A stretch of DNA of 64,000 nt from contig NC_043005.1 of assembly GCF_006345805.1 (NCBI RefSeq), forward strand, positions 87,296,001-87,360,000. The letters run 5' to 3'. A program made the translations under genes and the position numbers. This document shows positions 26,060 to 39,015 of the stretch, one piece after another. Each line of letters starts with the position of its first letter. Position 1 is the first letter of the stretch. Source of the DNA: Octopus sinensis (Eukaryota). The notes under the pieces were generated by a model, which saw only the letters and a program-made list of their open reading frames with translations, had not been told where the DNA came from and searched no databases.

Positions 26060-26186
26060 ATTTATTAATGAAGCGGCAAAGACATCGCAAAAACTGTTAC
26101 ACAGAGTTTAACGTTCCAGTTCGTCGAACGGGAATGTGAAACTCTGAGTAACAGTTTTTGTCATGCCTTTGCAGCTTTATTAATAA
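26060..26186. repeat. Foldback hairpin with about 60-bp arms, each carrying the 3' half of a hammerhead
   Basis: TTATTAATgAAGCgGCAAAG..GCAAAAACTGTTAC.CAGAGTTT vs AAACTCTGAGTAACAGTTTTTG..CTTTGCAGCTTTATTAATAA. Right arm reads CGA-ACG-GGAA-TGT-GAAAC-TCTGA-GTA-ACAG. Confidence 0.75.
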
Positions 26187-26324
26187 AGCATATTAGTCTA
26201 CCTCCGGTAACCAAGTACTATTTTTCCCAACTTGTTCCACATTTTATGTGCTTACTCTGGTACACACAACACACACACACACACGCGCGCGCGCGCGCGC
26301 ACACACATATACACACACACACAT

Positions 26325-26366
<42 letters not shown>

Positions 26367-26551
26367 CGTTTTGGGATTTGGTTTGCAAGATTCTTTATAT
26401 GAGTTCGTCTGTTGAAGCATATTCTGTTGTGTCTGGGGAGGGTCATTTTCTTCTTGTGCCTTATAATGTAACACACTCACCGGTAAAATTTCCACTTTTT
26501 CTTATATTTATTTTCCTAAAATTTAATTTTAGTTACGTCTTGCAACCTTTT

Positions 26552-26611
<60 letters not shown>

Positions 26612-27197
26612 ACATATACATATATATGTCTATATATATGTGTGTATATGTATGTAGGAAGGAAGGAAGGTAGGTAGGTAAGCAAGCAGGTAGGTAGGTA
26701 CAACGGGCTCTTTCATTTTCCATGTATCAAATCTACTCACGAGCCAATAGGTGGTCCCAGTCTAGAGTAGAAGATATTTGCACAAAATGTCAGACAGTGG
26801 GACTGAATCCGTTACTGAGTGGTTGGTTGGAAAGCAAACTTCTTATCACAACAGCCACGCCTGTGCCTATCTGTTTATTTTCTTTGTACATTTTTGATAC
26901 AATCGTACAGTCTTGTAGTTCGCTGAGTTGACTGAGTTTCGCATGATCGTGATTTTGTCTCTCGAACCTAACGCTGCGTTGATTTATTGAGCAAAACAGT
27001 TCCTTTTCCTTTGCATCAGTACTGTAAATGAATAACAACGCAATGGAATGGCATCTCGTTTAGGAGCACTTTTGTGGCTTCGGTCACCTCTAAGTCACGA
27101 AAACGGAATAAACGACCTTATGAGTCTGAGTATTCAAGACAGTACTTACTTATATACGTGAACGTTGGGTTGTGAAGCGGTTAACACACAATAAATC

Positions 27198-27430
27198 TTA
27201 TTGCTTTATTGCCCGCAAGGGGCTAAACATAGAGGGGACAAAAAAGGACAGACAAATGGTTTAAGTCGATTACATCGACCCCAGTGCGAAACAAGTACTT
27301 AATTTATCGACCCCGAAAGGATGAGAGGCAAAGTCGACCTAGGCGGAATTTGAACTCAGAAGGTAGCGGCAGACGATATACCGCTAAGCATTTCGCCCGG
27401 CGTTCTAACGTTTCTGCCAGCTCGCGGCTT
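27198..27430 (-). mobile_element. SINE family 1, B-tail subtype, full length
   Basis: Reverse complement of head CTGGCAGAAACGTTAG..., body GTCGACTTTGCCTcTCATCCTTTCGGGGTCGATAAATT, tail GTTTAGCCCCTTGcGGGCAATAAAG. Confidence 0.9.
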
Positions 27431-27918
27431 TAAGTTTCTGCCAGCTTGCCGCCTTGTCACACAATAATTCTATTCACAAAACATTACAACTCTTAATACT
27501 CTATCGCGTATCATATAATCAGTTGCCGTAATCCCGTGCATAATAATCTATAAAATCACTTTCTTTTGTATCTAAGACTTCAAAATTTTATGCTGCATTT
27601 ATTTAGTGAAGTAAAGTGATTGTTAAAGTGCTATGTAAAACTATGTGAAAATCGCTATGTGAAAATCAGCATTTATGTAAAGAATCTGGTTCCACTTATT
27701 TTGCTCACCACAGCAGATGTCCCGCAATATGGACGAAAATTTGAAATATAAATGAAAGCAATCTGCCGAGAAATACATGAATGTATTATTTTTTTTATTG
27801 ATAGGCACACACCTCGCCTGTGTACATAGATATATCTATTTGTATCATATATCACATCTGTGGAAGTATATATGTAGTTTTGCACATACACAAACACTGC
27901 CGCCCCTCAATATATATT

Positions 27919-27950
<32 letters not shown>

Positions 27951-27964
27951 ATATATATATTCTA

Positions 27965-28165
27965 GTGGGGATGGGAGCAAAACACAGACACAAAAACAGA
28001 CACATAAATATATACATATATACACAACGGGCCTCTTTCAGTTTCCGTCTGTAAAATCCGCTCACAAAGATTTGGTCGGCCCGAAGCTACAGTGCACGCA
28101 GCAGGACTTAACCCCGAACCATGTGGGTAGGAAGCAAGCTTCTTACAACACAACCACGTCTGCAC
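27965..28165 (-). mobile_element. SINE family 2, 5' part
   Basis: TTTCAGTTTCCGTCT..AAATCC.CTCACAA...GGACTtAACCCcGAACCATGTGG. Confidence 0.75.
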
Positions 28166-28334
28166 CCCTCCCCCCCTCTCTCTCTCTGATATATATATAT
28201 ATTATATATATATATATAATATAATATATATATATAACATATATATATGATATTATATATGTATTGGCATCCTTTCTGTCTCGGGAGACAATGGAGTTGC
28301 GCATGAAGTAGTCTAGTCCGGATATATATATATG

Positions 28335-29564
28335 TTAGTTAGTTAGTTAATTTGGCTCAAAAGCAAATAGCAAGGCCATGTAGGGGGACATGGAGTTAAG
28401 TACAGGGTGGTGTTCATGTAAAGAGTTCAGGCCACTTGAGGTCCAGGGAGGCTTTGAACAAAGCGGTCGTCGGCATCTTCACCATCTCGTCTGGCAGCTT
28501 GTTCCACGGATCCGCAACCCGGACGGAGAAAGCTCCTCTCCTTCGATTGAGATGAAATCGTCGCAGGTAGAGCTTTTCGGAATGACCCCGCAGCCGACGC
28601 TCCGGAGCAGGAGTGAAGAACAGCTCTTTCGAGAGTTACACTTCCGCTTATGATGTTGTGGGCGAGAATGAGATCACACGGCGGCGGCGTTTTCAAGAGA
28701 ATAAAGGTCGAGCGTCCTCAGCCTTCTTCGTAGGACAAATTTTTGAGACCATGAACCATGCGGGTAGCCAGCCTCTGGACTCTTTCGAGATGCTGTATGT
28801 CTTTGAGGAGATAAGGAGAAGAGGCTTGAATCCCATACTCCAATATGGGTCTCACCAGCGTGACATAGAGTGGTAGGAATATGGCTGCTGTGAGCATTCC
28901 GAATGACCGTCGAATCAAAAACAGAATTCCGCGTGCTTTGTTGGCAGCATGGACGCACTGGGCCGAAGGCGAAAAGGAGGAATCCACCAAGATACCCAGG
29001 TCCTTTACCTGATCGGTCCTCTCCAGCAGCAGACGACCCGGCTCGAAATCAAGTTGAGTTGCAGGAGTAGAGCCGACAGGCAGATGACAGCACTTTGACA
29101 CGTTCAGACACAGGTCCCAATCGTTAGACCACTTCCAAATTTGGTGGAGGCATCGACGAAGATCCTCTATATACCGCGAGGAGCGACCAGTTTGATATCG
29201 TCGGCAAATAGAAGGGTGTGTTGCGTGAGGTCGTCGGGCAAGTCATTTATGAAGACTAAGAACAACAAGGGCCCAAGCACTGAACCTTGAGGCACGCCAC
29301 TGCTCGCACTGGAGACGTCGGACCGCGAACCATTAACTTGAATTGGAAGGAGCGATCTGAGAGGAAGGCACCAACTATCGTACAATATCCGGATGGATGG
29401 AAACTATATGGTGAAGCTTGACAAGTAGTAGGCGGTGGTTTACCGAGTCAAAAGCTTTGGCAAAGTCCAATAAAACGATGTCAACAGCATCACTATCATC
29501 GAGGATGCGCGTCACCAATTCTTCATTACTAGTAAGTTGGTCAAGCATGATCTCTTCGGCAAAA
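28335..29564 (-). mobile_element. CR1-clade LINE, 5'-truncated, frameshifted reverse transcriptase
   Basis: [93 protein letters not shown]; (TAAC)n tail. Confidence 0.95.
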
Positions 29565-29588
29565 TATATATATATGTATGTATAGATA

Positions 29589-29706
<118 letters not shown>

Positions 29707-29709
29707 TAT

Positions 29710-30262
29710 GGTGGTTGTCTCTTCCTTATACAGAGTTTGACCACCTCCTGTACCTACACCTTAGCACCATCATGCCATCTGTTGTGGCTTTTTAAACCAG
29801 ACAATGTTCTGAAAAGACACCCACATAGACTACACCTCCGATTTGGACCACCAGCAGCTGCAGATTAGGTCTGCTCTTTGTGGATTTTAAAATGTCTTTT
29901 GAGGCCTCTGTTGGATTTGGAAACATTCTGGCACATACTGCATTCAACATTGTGCAGAGGCATAATGAGCAGAATAGTTGGTGGAGGTTCGTTTTCCATA
30001 GGTTCGCAGATGAGATTTGAGGCCAGCAAAAGACAGGTATGGTCTGTCACAGACTGTGCACACACAAAGGTCATTGTCATTCACCTTCTCGATCGTTACA
30101 TTCTTCCTTCGATCTCTTCTGAGTCTTAGTTTTGTTTTTCTGGCCCCTACAAATATTTTACTCCACTTCACCCTTTTGTTCGCCATGCAACTTGATCGGA
30201 AGCAAGGGTTTCTATGTCTTCTGGAACCATTGCAAGTGACTTCATAGTAGTCCTTATGCCGT
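29710..30262 (-). mobile_element. RTE-like LINE 3' end with three tandem C2H2-like fingers, truncated by the assembly gap
   Basis: CTVCDRPYLSFAGLKSHLR, CSMCQNVSKSNRGLKRHFKIH and CSLCGCLFRTLSGLKSHNR, downstream of a basic RLRRDRRK segment typical of RTE C-termini. Confidence 0.65.
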
Positions 30263-30362
30263 NNNNNNNNNNNNNNNNNNNNNNNNNNNNNNNNNNNNNN
30301 NNNNNNNNNNNNNNNNNNNNNNNNNNNNNNNNNNNNNNNNNNNNNNNNNNNNNNNNNNNNNN
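30263..30362. other. Assembly gap (100 N)
   Basis: Run of exactly 100 n. Confidence 1.
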
Positions 30363-31100
30363 GCCTTACATTTGTTGCATTCTATCGTCATACTACATGT
30401 GTCCACTGGCACATACCTGTATCGCTGATAAGACAGTTAGTTAATGAGCATTGATTGTTGTCTCTGGATTGCTTTTTATTCAGGAATCTGCGCAGAGAGG
30501 GTCCGGAGTGTGCTACTTCGTAGATCCATACGCAGCGATGGTCTAGACATACAATTTATCGACCCCGCGAGTGATGTGAGCAAAGTCTACGGAAAAGCGC
30601 CTACTTGCGATAACGTGAACTTTCATTCAGTCAAGATACTCGTGGCCAGACGAGTAGTTTGCTATATACACCTAGCTTGGATATTTACAAGTCTGGGGTT
30701 CTGCTCGCTAAGAGACATATGTAGCCCGGATCTTATTTTCTTCATATCTTAACTTTTGTACATATATATATGTTTGTGTGTCTGTCTATGGTATGTATGT
30801 ATGTATGTATGTATGTATGTATGTATGTATGTATGTATTTATGTATATAATTTAATAACCAAACTTTGATAGATCTGATACACCCGAATGTGCCTGAACC
30901 ATATTCTAACGGGGTAATTTTTTTACAGAAATGTACATTCTTATTCACTAGTCATAGCAATACACATACACACACATATACATAATATATACGTATGTAT
31001 GTAAGTATGTATGTATGTAGACACATGTACCAACATATATCAGTGCGTTTACGTACGACTGCGAGTGTATGTACGAGTGCGTGTGTGTGTTTGTGTGTTT

Positions 31101-31137
<37 letters not shown>

Positions 31138-32064
31138 CGAATTTACGTATGCGTTTACATGAATGATTTTATTCCCCTCTAATTGTTCGGGATATTTCCA
31201 TTTCAATTACGTCAGCTTATTATTACATTTCTCAAGTCGCTACCGGCGTACATTTTGCTATAATTGTCTCGAGAATGCAAAATATTGTTAAACCGAACAG
31301 GAGATTGTGTATATAAATACTTATTGCTCTATCTGTTTCTTTGGTGGATATTTGGCATCTGACCATCTATGTATTCCAGTATTATATCTAAATATCATTT
31401 AATAGTTATGTGTTTCAGTATGTGCTTGTCTCTGTGCGTATGTGAGTGAGTCGTCAAGCGTTATACATGAAAATATATTTCCCGTTTATAACATATTAAT
31501 ATATCGTATTAATATTGAGTACTTCGCATTATTTATATCGAGTTGATATGAAAAATATATCATGCATCGTTAGGTATGGCAATATATTGACATTTTACGC
31601 GAAATTCATAGTCTGCTCTGGGGTGCAAGTGAGGCTGTTATATCGCTTTTGTATTTTACAATTTATAAAATACACAATAACAATAATAAAAATATATGAT
31701 AAAATATATGATGGCACGATATGATAGCAATATATATTAGAACACATAGCAAGATATGATAAAATGTATATAATAAATATATCTGGTGACAATATATGAT
31801 AAAATATTATGATAATAATATTATGATAAAATTTATGACAAATTAACATCGTAATGAGGATAATTATTAACAATATAAATACATAAAGACAACACACGAC
31901 ACACTAAGACAAACAGTCACTCACATAAATACGTATGTATGTATGTACTAATGTTTGCTAATATATAAAATTTTAATTAATTTTTGTTTTAATATATAAA
32001 ATTTTAATAAAGGCAATTTTACATTAACCTCAAGGATTATTCTAAACAATACTTTTTGTGTTAC

Positions 32065-32110
32065 CATTGACTTCGAAGTTACAGCCTGCTTAGCCTTCAT
32101 CGAGCAAATG
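32065..32110 (-). ncRNA. Degenerate hammerhead-like motif
   Basis: Minus strand CATT-tg-CTCGATGA-AGGCT-AAGC-AGGCT-GTAAC-TTCGAA-GTC-AATG. Same palindromic ACTTCGAAGT stem/loop III as 24411-24456. Confidence 0.45.
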
Positions 32111-32209
32111 AAGTTGGACGAGAATGAAGCCTTAGACGTCACTCTCAACACTATTCTTGTCAAAGAATTCAATGCACATATACACATATGTATATATGTG
32201 TGTGTGTGC

Positions 32210-32256
<47 letters not shown>

Positions 32257-32389
32257 TATATATACATAATATACACATATATATACATATATACATACAT
32301 ATACACATATATATATATACATATATACATACATATATTATACATTATACATACATATATACATAGATACACTCTCTCTATGTTATATA

Positions 32390-32434
<45 letters not shown>

Positions 32435-32729
32435 CATAGGGAGAGAACGAGAGGCAGAGAGAGAGTGATGGGTATATTGACGCCATCTTATATTTTTAAT
32501 TTTAGGCATGCACATTGATTCTCTTTGATTTTGTCGAGTACAAACTATAGTAGGTTCGGTTGGGCACCGTCTGCGAGGAAAATGGCACCGTGCGGTAATT
32601 CAGTCTGTCAGAATTTTCGAAACTATATGCTTTACCGCTTGGCATTCGCCCTGGAAACTTCATTATAAACATTTCAGAGTGTTTGGATGTCAATCTGAGG
32701 ACAGTGCAATCTGAGGACATGTACCGAGA

Positions 32730-33180
32730 GTGATAAAAATCAAAAATCAAACATCATTGTGTTTGAGTGATCACTAGTGACGACGACATTACGCCACTAT
32801 TCATCACATATAACAAGGGAGCCTATATCAAGAGCATGGAGGTGGTAGTGCTGGCCTGGGTCCAAGTGGATGGCTGCTGGAACACCCTATGTCTGACAAC
32901 AGGACTATGCATCATGCCACACAAGCATGAGAACCCAGTCATTAACGTGAGACAATTTCAGCAACCAGATCATCCCTAAAATCTGACCACATAATTCCCC
33001 AGACTGAAATCCCCTTACATATTATGTGTGGGGCGCAGTGGAGCGAGAGACCAACAAAACCCCTTGTGACACAAATGATGAACTTAAACAAGGAGACCGT
33101 CCAGAAGAGTTGGAGGAGATACGGAATTGGCTGGAGGCCATGATTTTATTGAACAGAGTTACCTTTTAAGATTACAAGGT
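32730..33180 (+). mobile_element. Tc1/mariner-superfamily transposase remnant (catalytic region)
   Basis: VITSDDD, PYV*QQDYASCHTS, I*PHNSPD*NPLTYYVWGAVERETNK. Same family as 37900-38520. Confidence 0.8.
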
Positions 33181-33308
33181 ATTCTTATCTATTTTTTGTA
33201 AATATATCTGTTAAACTGATATGTGAGTGTTATTTTCATTTTGGCCTTATTGAGACAATTTATTCGCCGCACCCTGCCTCCCTTTCTCACCCTCTCTTTC
33301 TCACTCGA

Positions 33309-33344
<36 letters not shown>

Positions 33345-33378
33345 TGTATGTATGTATGTATGTATGTATGTATGTACG

Positions 33379-33420
<42 letters not shown>

Positions 33421-33739
33421 AGTATGTATGTATGTATGTATATATAATGGAGATATAGCATTAATATATATTACCTGCAAAATATATTATAAAGAATTAC
33501 AATAAATGTTCCATCTCAATTTTCTGAATTTCCTTTTGAATATTCATAAAACAACATTGATATTTAGACCTATTATCATATGAATATTATCATTCACCAA
33601 AAATTATTAGGCAATGAAACAGTAATTCATTGTATATTACTATGCCTTAAGGGGAGGCTATTTTAACCTCTAATTGAACGTGTAAATATGTGTGTGTGAC
33701 ATGTGTGTGTGTACAAGTATATATATATATACATATTAT

Positions 33740-33799
<60 letters not shown>

Positions 33800-33842
33800 G
33801 AGAGAGATAGATATATAACTAAATAGATAGATAGATAGATAT

Positions 33843-33875
<33 letters not shown>

Positions 33876-35202
33876 GAGATAGATAGATTGATAGATAGAT
33901 AGAAAGAGAGCTATACGTATACATATTTGTATATAAACATGTACATAGGAAAAGAAGGAAACAAGCAGATAGAGAGAGAGGGAGGCAAATGTATTATACA
34001 TTCGTGTCTTTAAATATATACGCATGGTATTGTTATTGCATAATAGATTATATGCGATTATAATCTCAATAACTTCGATAATCCATATATTGACATCTCA
34101 AATATTTGTTCTTGCAACGTTCTAATGCTGCTGGTTCTGATATAACCGCCCACCCCTACTATTACTATTGATCCTGATAAAAAATTTTGTGCAGAACTCT
34201 CACCACAAAATGCTACTTTGACGGTCAACAGATCATGCTTCAAGTAGATTTGTGCGATATACTCATGAAGGTTACTCTTGCGTTTGCCACAGTAATGGAG
34301 ATATTCTTGCCTGCATATAGTGAATTCACAGACAGACCTGTATGTTTCATTTTGAAATTGCATTTATCGTTACCTGAAACCAAATCGACGCGTCGACAAA
34401 CGATACCTTATTCTTACCCACGATGATTTCATTACGCAGACGACACATCGGTATACAAATTCGATCATGTGACCATAAAGGAATAACTCGTTTATCATAG
34501 TAATCAACGATTTGATTTTACAGATGCATATCTCTCTGAAAGCTGAGGCGTTCACTACATGCAGCATCTCATGCAGTGTGGGTCAAATTTAATTTAATAT
34601 ACTGGTAATTCATGCGTTAATAATATGATTTCAGCATAAAACATCATATTGACAAATATGCTTGTATAAACGAATAAAGCTGTGCGATATAACCAAGATA
34701 CAGAATGGCAGAATATATGTTCGCTCCTGACATATGTTTGCTTATCAATGTGGAAATTTGTATGCATAAGTATCTATGCATAAATGCGTGAATGATTTTA
34801 TATATATATATATATATAAACATTAATAAAAGAGTAAAATTAATAATTTTTTTCTTTTGTTTCAGCTCAGAGCTGTGGCATTAATTAATTAATTTCTCAT
34901 TAATAATTTTACCAAGTAGTATTATATACCTAATTATAATTATATACAAGATCTGGGAGACCTTTATGATAGTAGAAAATGCATTTAGCTCCTATTTCTA
35001 AATCGTGAGTGACGAAGCCATTAGCTGACCTCTTGATTATAATTATGTATATAATTATAGAATATTTATATATATGTGTGTTTGTATATATGTATACACA
35101 CACACACATATATATACACACGCAAACGCACACACACACACACACGCACACACACACACCACACACACACATATATATATATATAATATATATATATATA
35201 TT

Positions 35203-35274
<72 letters not shown>

Positions 35275-35447
35275 CATATATATACATATATATATATATG
35301 TATATATGTATATGTACATACATATATATATACATATACATATATATACATACAAATATATGTATATATATATACTATATATATGTATATATATATACAT
35401 ATAGATACATACAGAGACATTCACACATACACACGCACACACACACA

Positions 35448-35960
<513 letters not shown>

Positions 35961-36081
35961 ACATGACCAATGAGATTTCAACGTAACTGAGATTTCAACG
36001 ACATTGCTTCACTGCTTGTTGAACAAACTCAGTCTAGTATAGATAGACAGACAGACATACAAATAGATAGATAGATAGATC

Positions 36082-36173
<92 letters not shown>

Positions 36174-37250
36174 TAGATGCAGATTTTCTCATTCCCACAC
36201 ATATATACATATACAGGGATGTATATATGTAAATACAAGCACAAGCATTCACTCATATCTATATCCATTTAAACACACACACAAACGCATATATATATAT
36301 ACACATGTGTGTCTGTGTGTGCTTATTAATGTAATTGATGAAGTAACTGAAGCATTTCCGACGTGGGATCGAACCCATGATGCATGTGTCTCTATTTTAA
36401 TGTACCTGCGCATCCGCTCTTTAACTCTCCACCCTATATTTCTTCAATAGTATGTCCCAAACACATCTAGCTAGGTATACGTAAATACATACGTACGATA
36501 CATACAGATATATGTATACATCAACGCATGCGTCTGTATGCTTCCGTACATGTGTACCCAAGCTTTAAATACCATGACATATGTAGAAAATAGACCGCAT
36601 ACAGATTTTGGTGAATAGAATGTTTTGTTACATATACCCTTTTATGTTGAAACGATCGGCAGATAATTAGACGTTCAGGTAATGCGTGTCATTCAATGAG
36701 AGTGACTGAAATGTCAATTTCAAAACTTAAGTGGTTCGAAAAGTTGCTTTCTTTGTACAGCTGAAAATATCAGACAGTTCTCTTGGTTCATATAATGTGG
36801 GACTTGTCACACATAGCTATTGCAGATGAAGGAGAAAAAGAAACGGGGGAAAAGAGAAGAAGAAGAAGAAGAAGAAAGAAGAAGAAGAAGAAGAAGAAGA
36901 AGAAGAAGAAGAGAAGAAGAAGAAAATGATAAGGAGGATGTCTCGGCAGGAGAAGCAAAACGAGAATATATATGCACAGACTTGAGTATATGACCAGACA
37001 TTTATTTATACAGATGCACATTTCTCTATTGCACTCACACTTCATATATAGACACACGCACATAGGCAGACGCACCACACGTACACAAATATGTGAGTGC
37101 TCATAAATACATAAATTACACACATACTACCAATCCGTATATACCCCCCGTATTTTGTGAGTATATATATATATATATGTATGACCTCGTGAGTACCGTT
37201 GGCGATTTTTTTCCTCTGTCTCCCCTTCTCGGGATCTTTTCTTCTCCTCT

Positions 37251-37284
37251 GTTTCCGACGAAGAGCTCCGCTAGAAACGTTAAA
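37251..37284 (+). ncRNA. Degenerate minimal hammerhead motif in a short repeat (37180-37390)
   Basis: GTTT-CCGACGA-AGAGC-TCC-GCTA-GAAAC-GTT-AAAC; U4 changed to C and one stem II mismatch. Confidence 0.55.
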
Positions 37285-37651
37285 CCCTCCTTCTTCCCTT
37301 CTTTCCTGAGCGTCCAATAATACTATATTTGTTCCACGTCCTCGCGTTGTTGTGTTTTTTGTTTTTTGTGTTTTCTTGTTTGGATTAACTTTATATATAT
37401 ATAAATATATATACATTTATACCACCATAATTTTGGTGTATATATATATATATATATATCCCCATAATTTGGGTATATATATATCCCCATATTTTGTGTA
37501 TGTGTGTATATATATATATGTATGCATGTATGTATATGTACATATATACATGTTATATCTCTTAATAGGTCTTACTAACGACCTCATTATTGGTGTTTTT
37601 AGCATTAATAATGCTTTCATTTAGTTGCTATATATTATATACCTATATCAA

Positions 37652-37723
<72 letters not shown>

Positions 37724-37899
37724 CATACATACATGCGTACATACATACATACATACGTACATACATACATACATATACATATATATATACATGTGTGTGT
37801 GTATGCATGAGTATGTGTGTGTATTTGTGTATACAAGCTTACGTCCGTATACACACCCACCTCATATCTAGATCCCACAGGTTGCCGTGTATGAATTGT

Positions 37900-38520
37900 C
37901 GTCTAATTTACGCAAAAATGAGAATAACACTGACATATCATTTAAACAGATATCATTTACCAAAAGTATATTAAAAAAATCTTGATATACTAAAGGTTAA
38001 ATATATTCAATAAAATCTCCATTGAATTGACTTCAACCACGGCCTCCAGATGACTTCGGAATCTCCTGCAAATCTTCTGAACAGTCTCCTTGTTTAAGGT
38101 GGTGAATGCTGCTACAAACCTTACTTTCAGTTCATCTTTGGTGTTACAAGGAATTTTGTTCGTCTCTCGCTCAACTGCGCTCCACACATAATAATGAAGG
38201 GGGTTGAATTCTGGGGAATTCTGCGGCCAGATGTTAGAGGTGATGTGGTCGCAGAACTTGCCTGACAACCATAAGTAGTTTCTTCTGCTTATGTGACATG
38301 GTGCTGAGTCATGATGTCAGACGTAGTGTGTTCCAGAAGCCACCCTCTTGACTCAGGGCAGCACTACCACCTCCATGCACTTCAAGTAGGCTACCTTCTT
38401 GTATGTGAGGCCATGTGGGAAGATTAATGGTGGTGTAACGTCGCCATCATTAGTGATCACTCAAGACACAATGTTGATTGGATGTTTGATTTTTATCACT
38501 CTCAGTAAATGTCATCAGAT
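37900..38520 (-). mobile_element. Tc1/mariner-superfamily transposase remnant
   Basis: ORF 37990-38268: NIWPQNSPEFNPLHYYVWSAVERETNKIPCNTKDELK...ICRRFRSHLEAVVE. Confidence 0.85.
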
Positions 38521-38794
38521 TGACCCACGCGAATGCCATGAAGTACAGCATATCGTTTCCAAATTTGTATCAGAGTGAATAGCATCACGGTGCTATTCTT
38601 CCACAAATGGTGCTCGACCGACCCGACTATTGTAGTCGGCAAAATCAAAAACAAATGATCAGCATGCGTAAAATTAGAAATATAAATCAGCGACAATTTA
38701 CCAACAGGCAACCTGTATATGAATACTAAAAGTGATAATAATGAATAATGATAAGACAATAACAATATCAATGTTACTCTTTTACTAAATATAG

Positions 38795-39015
38795 TGACAT
38801 AGTGGTTACGGCATTTGGCTCACGATCGCAAGGTTGTGAGGACAAACCCCGACGAAGCGTTGTGTCCGTCAGCAAGACACTTTAATACACGTGGCTGTAA
38901 TCCACTCAGGTGATAAAAATGAATAGTACCTGTATTTCTTGGGGTCAAACTCGTCATATTCTGTGTCACGCTGATTCTCCCTTAGAACTACGTTAAGGGT
39001 ACACGTGTCAGTGGA
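38795..39015 (+). mobile_element. SINE family 3
   Basis: TAGTGGTTAcGGCATTtGGCTCACGATCG head; TGTGTCC...AGCAAGACACTTTA; GAACTACGTTAAGGGTACACGTGTC. Confidence 0.8.

Noticed and set aside
34058-34426. Overlapping 101-aa and 79-aa ORFs in unique sequence as host exons
   Set aside because: No recognisable domain and no consistent splice-site pair; cannot be supported without RNA-seq or homology search.
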